From Saccostrea cucullata (Eukaryota), in contig NW_026929843.1 of assembly GCF_032062105.1 (NCBI RefSeq), forward strand, positions 1 through 38,439: a stretch of DNA of 38,439 nucleotides, given 5' to 3'. How positions within the stretch are numbered: the first letter of the stretch is position 1; every line of letters begins with the position of its first letter. The notes under the pieces were generated by a model. That model saw only the letters and a program-made list of their open reading frames with translations, had not been told where the DNA came from and ran no database searches. Made by a program: the position numbers and the translations under genes. This document shows, piece by piece, positions 23,152 through 32,895 of this stretch.

Positions 23152-25803
23152 ATAGTGGAGTGACAAGACCATCAAAAATTTGACTTTAATGTACCACCCT
23201 ACCCTACGGCTGATTTGTACTTTTTTGGTCAGATATATTATCAAGCAATAATTTTTGCCCGGTCGTAGAAAATTCTATGGTCAAAATTTAAAATAAATGG
23301 AGATCAAAGATCAATGAATGAAATGTGACCATAATATTGTACATATGAAGAAAAGATGAAGGACTTCGTGAAAATAATGTATATTTGTATAGGAATTTTT
23401 ATTTATTCGGTGAATATATTGATTTCATGGAAAAGGAACGAAAAGTTGAATAAGAAAGCCCGTTTGTCTGTCTGTAAAATGAAAGGTTTGTCTTAGAGTA
23501 TTTTATTTAAACTTAAAAGATTTAATGCTAATGTACGTTATTTTTTACGTACAATCACTTAATTTTTAGTACACAAAGCAAAGAAAAATAAAAAGAAGAA
23601 CAACAACTCCCATCACCCCTACCCCCCCCCCCCCCACCCACCTAAGAAAACGGAATATGACCATTTCGCATTTTTTAAAAAAAAATGTTATGTTTTTATT
23701 ACGCCTTTTACATCTGATTCATTATTTTATTATAAAGAAATTGTTCGACCCTGTTTTAAAAGCTTTTTAGTAAAACAATCTTCTTGAGGTCATCCTTGCT
23801 CTCACACTGAAGTACAGTATTCCGGTCTCATCCAAAGGACGGACAACATATTATTTAAAGTCTTATTATTATTCATTTCTCTGTCTAAATAGGCCAAAAA
23901 ATTTTTTTTTCAATGAATGTTATCTATGATTTGAAAATTTACGTTTAATTTGGCGAACTTTTGAATAAGCGTTTACTCATAAATTAAGCAGGTTACATTG
24001 TAGAGATTTTGGGGTTTTGAAAGATTTTAAACACGTATTGGTGTTAAAATTGCAATTCTTGGAAAAGGGGTGAAGAGTTTAAATAATGACGTAATACTGT
24101 AATTTCTATTCATTGGTTTTCATGTACACGTACATGTATATCTTTATCGTTATTTTTTCAAGAATATATTTTATTTGAAAACTAAAAAAGTAGAAATTTT
24201 GTAAAAGAGCTACACTGTAAAAGTAAAGATAGCCGATCTTTAAAAAGATACTTCAGGTGGGTAGATAATAATTAGAGCAGTGCAAAATGGCAATATTCAC
24301 ATTAAATGCATGTCATGCGTGGCTTTTTTCATCTGCTGACAGAAAACTTTATATTTTTGAATTTTGAAAAGGGCTGATTGCCTAAATACTCAGTAATCTT
24401 TTTGATTTCATCAGAAATCCTAAAAAAAATGTTAGAAATCCCTCGTTGTTTCTGTGGTTGGTTAAAGATAGCGTATATAGTACTGTTTCTTCTGTCTCTA
24501 TTGCAATTTTTAAAATTAATATTAGACAATTAATTCTTGAAGCAAAACTGACAACTCTTTCTCAAAAGAAAAAAAATATCAAAAAAGCTTTCTTATGACA
24601 GAATAAACCATGAGTTGTCCAGCAATATCTTTAGTGGATTGCTTTTAAGGTTCCGTTTGATTCATATCTTCCTTACTGGTACGTCGTTTCAAAAGAAAAC
24701 TTTTAAGTACTGTAAGCAGTGAGCTGACAAAATATGATACCCCCGCTCTTAAAGGATCATATAGTAAAAGAGTTCAATTTTTGGCAGTATATATGTACAT
24801 GTAAATGAGGAAATGCGTAAACAAAATATGTATCCCTTAGTTTGAATAATGACAAAAGTCCATGTTTTTGCTGTAGAAAACACTATATATATTTCCGAAG
24901 GAAACATGAAAAAGTTTCTGTAAAGTGATGGACAGTCTTTAAGATGAAATACTTTAATCAGTTTTCTCTTTCTGTTTCATACTTGCGTTAATCTGTATTG
25001 CTTATAAAGCAGAAAGGCAATATCCAATCATGCAAGATACCTCGTTCAAACAAGAATGTGAAGGAAAAGTGATATCTTTGTCCTTTACGTATTTTTTTAA
25101 TTGAAAAAAAGGAAATGACTTTCAAATGCTAATTGATTTACATTCAAACTGAATATTAGCGTTATATTATTAATTAATAGAAGCCAATTTAACATATTTA
25201 ACAATATTTTGATCGATTAAGTCCTTGTCATAGACATGATGGGATTCTATAATCCGTTTCGATCAAGTAGAATACCAGACTTAGTGCGACGTTGTCTTTA
25301 AAAATTGCGGTTTATTTGATCAGAAATCATTGTCTTATGTATCTTTCTAACACTTAAGTAAACATTCGTTATTAATATTGCATGAAATAATTGTACTGAA
25401 TATATTTTGTTGAAATTAACGCAGTTTCTATAACAAAACATAAGATTTTTTTTTTTAAAAGAAGGGGGGGGGATAATATTCCTGATTAATTTTGCATTGT
25501 CAATTTAGATACCTGTAGCTTTCCTTTCACACACAAATTAGTATTTCTTTAAATATCAATGATTAATCTTTGAAAAAGAACATTATCAGCGAGTAAAATA
25601 AACGACTTATATACCCCCCCCCCCTCTTTTCACTTTAATCGCAAGTTTAAAAAAAGTTTTGACTTGGGAAAACTCTACGACCGGGCGAAAATGTATGAGG
25701 ATGAATGTCTCTTTTATAAAATATAACTTTCAGCTGTAGGGTATGCCGGTCCATTAAACTCGAAAACTAAGCATCTTTTTCTAGGATTGTCACTCCACTA
25801 TTA
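23152..25803. mobile_element. About 2.65-kb segment bounded by about 150-180-bp inverted repeats; putative non-autonomous TIR element
   Basis: The reverse complement of 23141-23290 is gaccatagaattttctacgaccgggcaaaaat...cagccgtagggtagggtggtacattaaagtc...ttgtcactccactataagcaa. It matches 25665-25803 (ctctacgaccgggcgaaaatg...cagctgtagggtatgccggtccattaaactc...ttgtcactccactattatgta). The outer termini are atagtggagtgacaa / ttgtcactccactat. I cannot resolve a clean TSD. Confidence 0.4.
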
Positions 25804-26439
25804 TGTATCAGATGTAATGAATAAAACTATGGGAGAAGTTTAGTCCATTTGAGGAAGAAATAAACAATAACCTGAAGAAATAAAAAACAAATTCAACTAT
25901 TAAAAGGCAAGGATATACAAATATATACAGGCATGTAGTATCATTTGTATAAGCCAGAAAATTATTTTACACTTAACTTAATTGAAAAAATGTTCACCCT
26001 ACTCCCCAATACTCCCTATCTGTTTTATGATAGAAATTATGATTTTAGGCAACATGTTAATTTTAGAACAATGTCAGTATACATTTACCTAACACATATT
26101 TAAAAAATGAAGATATATTGAAAGGCTTTTAAAGAATTGATTTTTTAAAATATATTTTGACCAACATCACAAAATTTATATAACTGACCCAAACTGGCAG
26201 ATGATGAAATAAGCAATTAAATGTTCTACTTTCCTATTTGTAAGCATTATGTGTCCAGTGGTAAGGAGCCTATTTGTATAGCATAAAAAAAGAACGTACA
26301 AATGCTAATAATTGATTTATCAAAAAAATTTTATTTCCTTCTCCTTCGGAACTTTTTTTATTCTCATTTCATAACTAAACTTAAACATTAAAAAATGCTG
26401 GCCTTATAATGAAGAAAGGGGCCTCTTTCAAAATAGATA

Positions 26440-26626
26440 ATTTCAGGGCCGCTGGGTCAGGGGTACCCGGGGGGTACTTTGACTAAAATACATTAATGCT
26501 TTGAAATCTGCCCTTTGATAAGCAATGGTGCCTTCTTCAAAATTTGTGAATTTCATGGCTTTGGATTAAAACACGAACCAAATACAATCGCTGGAAAGTT
26601 GTTACATGATACTCAGGTGACCTATA
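26440..26626. repeat. Diverged copy of the 166-bp satellite unit ending in the ctcaggtgacctat motif
   Basis: ttcagggccgctgggtcaggggtac...ctttgaaatctgccctttgataagcaatggtgccttcttcaaaatttgtgaatttcatggc parallels the unit at 22371-22536. It is followed by atactcaggtgacctataagg, matching 21897-21910. Confidence 0.45.
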
Positions 26627-28152
26627 AGGCCCGTGGGCCTCTTGTTTTATAAAGGATTGTTTTAGGTTACCATTTCCGTCTTTTTACTGTACTAGTTACA
26701 TGTCTAAAAAATAAAAATAAAATAAAAACTCTAAAGTATATGTTAACATTTATACCAATTTCGCTAGCTTATATTAAGTCGACGTACATGTATGAACGGA
26801 AGTTTCTATAATTGTCAATTGATAGTACTACGATACACCTAAATATCGAGTTGAAGACCACACCTATCTGAATTTACATACAGGTTGCTTAATTTTAAAC
26901 CACTTATTTTCTAAAAAATAGAATGGAAACACATATAAAATACCAATATTGAAACTTTTTTGTCATTCCGACCCGAAAGTAGCTATTTTTATGATTTATT
27001 GACCCTTTAACCCCTAGCTTTTCATGGTATATACGCATTTCTACGCATCTGACGTGAAAAATGGGTATAGTGTGAAAAAAACATTCATAACTTCTTGAAT
27101 ACTGCAAATATCAGAATACTTTTTGCACTGCTGGAAAGAGAATACAATAACAATAGAAAGTTTCTTGCTAGCTTGAGTTAAACTTTGCCGCGCACTATTT
27201 GAGCAATTCTGCCATAGTCAATGCGGTGGTAAAACGTTATATGTAAAAAAAAACTTAACTTAGGTGATCTCCTTCCAACCCCAACCCGTCCTGCCAAAAT
27301 ATTAAAAAAATTTTTTTGTTTTTTTTAAATGTACGACATGCGCATAATTTACAACAGAACAATAAAATGATCAAATATTTTAAAAATATTTTTAACTTAA
27401 AATGAAAAAAACTAAAATGGCACTCATTCTTCAATAAATGAAATTCCAGCAGGATGATGGCGTATTTCGTTGCTATGGTAACTACATTGATATTTTATAA
27501 TCATTTTCAGACACTACACCATGCCTGCTTTCAGAATATATATGTATACATTGGTATACACAAAAAATTAAAGAAATACTCGAAAAAATGCTTTGAAATT
27601 TGAATACAATTTGTTTAGAAATACTTAAAATCTTTGCCAATTGGAAGGGATTAAGTGTATCTGGCACTTGCTATTAAAGTACTCTATGCAAATGATTCAT
27701 TTGCTGTGTTTCCTTATGAAGAAGGATATGGAGATAACGAACAGTTATACAAATACAGCATGCAGACATTTCTTCATCGTCTCTTTAATCTTTTGCTGCT
27801 GTATTCATAAATGAATCAAATCATATACTGATTTTAATTGTCTTTGTAAGCCTTAATAAAACTTCAACTTGTTTTCACTCAATCATTTGATGAGTATTAC
27901 TACTGTCAAGAGTATAATTTGTTATTACTTGTACAGAGTGTATTCCCGGCGATAGAGTGTCATAATAGGTGATCAACGTTTAAAAATGAACAAAGGGAAA
28001 TAATAGGGAAAACTAATTTTTAATATCCGATAATTATAGAAGCTACGTAATTCATGTTTAATTATATTAAAATATAATCTCGAAAGTTAACATTATTAAA
28101 TTACCTTCGTTGGTTTTTTAATACATTTATTAATTTCCTTATTATTAAGCAG

Positions 28153-29466
28153 GTCAGAACTTGTAACCCATCAGAAACATTTTACAGCCAATTGGAAGCG
28201 TGTTTATCTAAAGAACAAACCTTAAAACGGCTTATATCACCATACCGATATTTTGAAGTAGAATGTCCACCTGGAGCATTGACTCAAAAACAACAAATGA
28301 CAATTGACTGTGTTAAGAAATGTATTGTAGAAACTGTAAAAAATCTACAACATTGGGGGGAAGAAGTTCCTTTGAAATGGTTTGAACTTGAAAAAATTCT
28401 GAATAATGAAAAAGCAAATGGGAAAAAAGTCATATGGAGGCCACAATTCAGAGAAACAGCAAAATACCTTTCAATAGATGAAGATGACCTCAATGATGTT
28501 CTTCGTTTCTTACATGAAATAGGAAAAATCTTATACTTTTCTGTGGATAAACTCAAGGATACAATTATCATAGATGTTCAGTGGTTTGTTGATGCATTCA
28601 AGTACATTATAACTGACGAAAAGCATTTTGCTCGGAAAGACAACATAAACGCACTAGTTAATACTGGGAAAATTACTGGACAGTACATTGAAGAGATATG
28701 GAAAAATATACAAGGCAGTCGTGGTGTACCTTGTGCTGATACAAAAGTTAGTGTCGAGACTGATAAAGGTCATGATTCCTTGTGGCAATCTTACTTAAAT
28801 CACAAAAATGAAATTTTACAATACATGGACAAACTTGGCCTAATTACGAGAATTGGAAGACATGTAAGCACTTACAATAAGGAGGAAATGTATTATATTC
28901 CGAGCATGAACCGAACCGACCTTTCTGATGACAGTAAAAATGAAATCAAAGGAAAACAAAAGTCAGCAATGATGCTGTACTTTTTCAAGTCTTATTTACC
29001 CCATTTTTTCTTCTTTCGATTGGTTGTAAAGTGTTTAAAAAAATGGAAAGTTTGTGATAAAAATTCCTTTTTTAAAAATGTTGCACTTTACAAGGCAGAA
29101 GATGCCGGCCATTATTTTGCTATCGCCGTCAGCAAAACATCCATCCAGTTGCAGGTTTTTACACGTGATGAAACCGTGAAACTTGATGAAAAATGCGTCA
29201 AGAAAATCAGACAAACAGTGGAAGCCTTTATAAAGGAAATAACAGAAACTTTTCACAGGGGAATTATCTATGATGTGGGTTTTTCATGTAGCGACATAAA
29301 AATTACAGATGAAGATGAAGAATTCTTTTTTAAAGAGACAGATATTAAAGGTGGAATTGAACATTCGAAGGAAATATCTTGTCCAAAACATTTTCTTGGT
29401 AATAACAAACACAAAATCGATACAAGTAGAATACATATGTGTTTGTTGGAGAGAAAGTCCACTTAA
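28153..29466 (+). CDS. ROCO terminal exon: end of Roc plus COR-A/COR-B domains, stop TAA
   Basis: The acceptor ttccttattattaagcag|GTC at 28151-52 is phase 0 and joins ...ASHKDQM|VRTCNPSETF. The 438-aa exon has VPLKWFELEKILNNEK...DDLNDVLRFLHEIGKILYFSVDKLKDTIIIDVQWFVDAFKYIIT, compared with LRRK2 COR-A IPDCYVELEKIILSERKN...LPHAVHFLNESGVLLHFQDP...LYFVEPKWLCKIMAQILT. It has YYIPSMNRTDL, compared with YLLVPSSLSD, and MMLYFFKSYLPHFFFFRLVVKCL, compared with [22 protein letters not shown]. A possible internal donor TTG|GTAATA at 29399 could splice to undetected downstream exons. Confidence 0.7.
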   Translation, partial: VRTCNPSETFYSQLEACLSKEQTLKRLISPYRYFEVECPPGALTQKQQMTIDCVKKCIVETVKNLQHWGEEVPLKWFELEKILNNEKANGKKVIWRPQFRETAKYLSIDEDDLNDVLRFLHEIGKILYFSVDKLKDTIIIDVQWFVDAFKYIITDEKHFARKDNINALVNTGKITGQYIEEIWKNIQGSRGVPCADTKVSVETDKGHDSLWQSYLNHKNEILQYMDKLGLITRIGRHVSTYNKEEMYYIPSMNRTDLSDDSKNEIKGKQKSAMMLYFFKSYLPHFFFFRLVVKCLKKWKVCDKNSFFKNVALYKAEDAGHYFAIAVSKTSIQLQVFTRDETVKLDEKCVKKIRQTVEAFIKEITETFHRGIIYDVGFSCSDIKITDEDEEFFFKETDIKGGIEHSKEISCPKHFLGNNKHKIDTSRIHMCLLERKST

Positions 29467-30392
29467 TTTTCAAGAGACAATTAAAAACGCATCTTTCAGA
29501 GCTATACTAATTATATCGTATTTTGAAATAGATTTATTATTTTTTGTACATAAAACTTTATTAACCAAGGGACAAACAGTCAATTATACCTGAATTGCGT
29601 ATATTCTCAATGTAGATTTCTCTTGTTAAATATGTATGCGATGAGCATTATCCCATATTTAGATTTTTTTTTCTTTTGTTGTACAATGTACGCTGTTATT
29701 CATTTTCATTTTATTACTAATTAAGCATATTTTGACATGATTTGACATGGTAACCGTACCACACAGAAAGATCTTCTTACCTGGTTTATGTTTATGGCAT
29801 TAGATGATCGTATCAGAACGAGTTCTGAAATAGTTTGATGACTACCATGTTGGGTTTCATTCCATCTCAGAGAGTTGCTCTTGAGTCATATAGCGTATTA
29901 TGTTGTAATGTTGTCATCTCTGAATTGTTAGTTTTTTTTTTATTATCTAAAACTAACATATGCATTTTTCAAGAGTTCATTAACATCAATTTCTGTAAAT
30001 AGGTCAGAATAAATGTCTGTGTTTTTTTTTCTAAATATAACTATCCTTATTATGCATGGATATTTGCTTCATAATTTTATGTATATATTGTGTATAAAGT
30101 ATATTTATTCTATATAATAAATAATGTTATATAGTTAGCTTTTTTTCAAAAAATAGCATTGTACGTATTAGTTAAATGTGCCAAAGAGTTGTGCGGGCTG
30201 CATCTGTTATTAAACAAAACAAAAATCAAAACTGTTCCCGTTTGTTGACATTTAAAGGTCATCGGGTATTTTATGACGGATCTTACATTCCACTCCACTG
30301 TTTCTCGTTTCTTGTTTCTCGTTTGTTTTACACATCATGTACATACCCGGCAAAATTGGTATAAATACCATTTGAAACAAAAGTAAACATAC

Positions 30393-32619
30393 GAGGGGCA
30401 TTTCAAAAGTCCTGAGAACTGTTTAAGGTATACCTTGACTCAGATGACTAAAAATTCCACTGATAAGAACGAAAAACTACCTATTGCACATTGTACACCT
30501 ATGATTCTTGTTTTAAATTTTAATTTCAAATAACTAGGTCAATGACCTCGTTTTAATGCTAGGGGCCCCAGAACATTTCTCGGGAAATACCTCAATTGTT
30601 CACACTATGACCATTTATTTCTTCACTAACAAAATATTACATGCAACAAAACTCTTTAAATAATGAAATATTATAGCAATGGAACAAAGTTGCTCTATTT
30701 AAAGAAATGAGTGAAGTTTCGGCCATAAATGTGATAATTATTACAGTCCGAATTTCCTCTGTCATATTTATATTTTTTCCTATTTTTAATCAAATATTGC
30801 AAAAATCTGACTGATAAGAACTCTTAATTACTTATAGTCTCTGGCTACTTTTGTTACCCTCATTCTTATGGTATCAATATTATATTGGGTCATTGATCAA
30901 ATTATTGAGATATGTTGACTACAGTGGTTTTTGTACATGTTTTTTTAATTTCTTTATTTCATAGCATTCTTTTATTTCAAATAATTAATGAGCTTAAACA
31001 CAAACTAAATTTGAAAAACGGTGTCTTTAAATACAAGTAACCTTTTCTTTGTGATTATTATTGCAAGGAATAAAAATTTTGAAAAAAAAATGAAAAATTA
31101 CAAATTTAGACCGAATTTCCTCTGCATAGCAATACATTGAGTTTTGTTCCCGTATATTTTCTTCAAGAACTTATATATTAAATTTTTTAATTGATATTGA
31201 GATAAAACTTAGTTATTTCATCCATTTAGAATAATTTTTGATTCAATATATTATGCTTTATAAAATTTCCTCTCTGATTTCTGAAACCTGAGTAAACGTC
31301 ATCCTTAATAAAAAAAAATAATAACCGTTTTACGGAAATTATTGAGTTTGATATCATTGAAAAGATCAGAAAAATATACACATATTGACGTCATTTTATA
31401 ATTTTTATGACTTAATAACCCCGAAAAATGACGTCATACTTCCGCATGCTACAATACTGGCCATCAAAATGACGTAACAAAAGACACAATTTCATCAAAG
31501 TAAATTATAAAAAAAACAACTTTGGCTCATTACTCGGGCGCAAACCATCGGACGCAAATGTCAGTTGGTAGAATCTTTACATGGACTACAATCTATCATA
31601 TGATGGTCTATTTTGGAGATCTTCTTGTTCTGAAATGGTTTCAGCGATTGTCAAACAGCATGTTTTTATTGAATCTTGCTGAAAAATATTGCGTAAAACA
31701 GACCTAAGTGTGAGAATAATGCAAAGTTGGAAATCAGAGAAAAATAGACGATCGTGTTAAAAAAAATTTGATGGCATCAATTCGTCAGGTATATTAACGA
31801 GATTTTTGGGATCAATGAAGGCTTAAGAGAAGTTAAGGTTAGTGTGCCCCATATTTTCTCGTAAAATCAAAACTGGTGCGGGCGCAGTTCTATCCCTACC
31901 GTACCTCCACATATTCGCAAAAACTAATTCATTGAAATTAAATAACATTCTACAAGTCTATGTAACTTATAAACCTTTTTTGGATCAAAAGTTAAAAGCA
32001 GTAGTGCGTTTTGGCGCACCGAAGTTGAATTAATAAGAAAAAATACGCACAGAAACAAGTCAGGAGCAAGACTTTTGTACATTTTATTTGTAAAAGTAAG
32101 AGTACTGTTAATCAAAATATATTTGTTGAAAACTGCATTAAAATACTTCTGTTTTATACTGAAAATGCTTTATTTCATACAATGGAAAATTATATAAAAG
32201 GCCGCAAATCCAGTCGTTTCATGTAACTTAAAATCTTGAATGAATGTCGATGATAGCATAACCGGACATAATCCATGCTAGTAAACAAACCAAACAATAA
32301 TATATAGAAATGTTGATAAGCAGTACCATAGTCCAATCTACTTCTTTGCAAATAAAAAATTTCTTTGAAATATTTTATCAAATAAGCCTTTGGCAGCACT
32401 TTTAAAATTGACTCATGTGGGGAAAAAGCGACTTCTCAGTACGCTAAACATTCTATACTCTGACGTCATTTTCGGAGATATTACGTCATAAAAATTATAA
32501 AATGACGTCACAATGTGTGTATATTTTTCTGATCTTTCCAATGATATCAAACTCAATAATTTCCGTAGAACGGTTAATATTTTATTAAACAGTTCTCAGG
32601 ACTTTTGAAATGCCCCTCC
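30393..32619. mobile_element. About 2.2-kb TIR element (about 150-bp TIRs starting GAGGGGCATTTCAAAAGTCCTGAGAACTG) whose left TIR is split by a nested insertion
   Basis: The reverse complement of the right end, 32461-32619, is gaggggcatttcaaaagtcctgagaactgtttaataaaatattaaccgttctacggaaattattgagtttgatatcattggaaagatcag...tgacgtcattttataatttttatgacg... It matches the left end in two blocks, 30393-30426 and 31316-31431. I find no ORF inside and no obvious TSD. The subterminal regions hold several TGACGTCA palindromes. Confidence 0.5.
30427..31304. mobile_element. 878-bp non-autonomous element inserted into the left TIR of the 30393-32619 element, flanked by TTAA duplications (piggyBac-like target)
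   Basis: TTAA at 30423-26 and 31305-08 flank the insert. The uninterrupted right TIR shows the empty site (...ctgtttaa|taaaat...). The insert ends form an imperfect 17-bp TIR, ggtataccttgactcag versus the reverse complement ggatgacgtttactcag, with 12 of 17 matching. Confidence 0.45.
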
Positions 32620-32895
32620 TAATAGCTATGTCAATAAGGGTGATTCTCTAAGATTCAATTTTATTTTATAACTAATTTTAAGTCTTGTAGCATTTTTAGC
32701 ACCGATGATCTTGTTTCTATATTTTTTTTTCAAGTTTCACGTTTGTTATATAAATATTGAGGTAAATAATTCAGCATCTTTTCAAGAATAAGACACTGAT
32801 TTCATATATAATTACCAAGAGATATTTGAAATGTTTTTAAGCAATCATTGCTTTGATTCTCATGGACACCTTAACTGAGCTATCCGTCTTAACCA

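Noticed and set aside
28284-28571. 95-aa minus-strand ORF (plus 29035-29256 and 29268-29462 on the minus strand)
   Set aside because: These are antisense to the COR-domain exon, a typical by-product of a long sense ORF in AT-rich DNA.
29399-29466. Possibility that the ROCO CDS continues past 29398 via the donor TTG|GTAATA instead of ending at the TAA at 29464
   Set aside because: It is not rejected outright, but I found no downstream plus-strand exon with recognisable homology in 29.5-38.4 kb, so the simple terminal-exon model is retained.
31522-31600. tRNA-like fragment gcaaatgtcagttggtagaatc (D-arm-like agttggtagag)
   Set aside because: Only the D-arm motif is present. I cannot build an acceptor stem, anticodon arm or T-arm. 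It may be a SINE or tRNA-derived scrap inside the TIR element, but it is not a tRNA gene.
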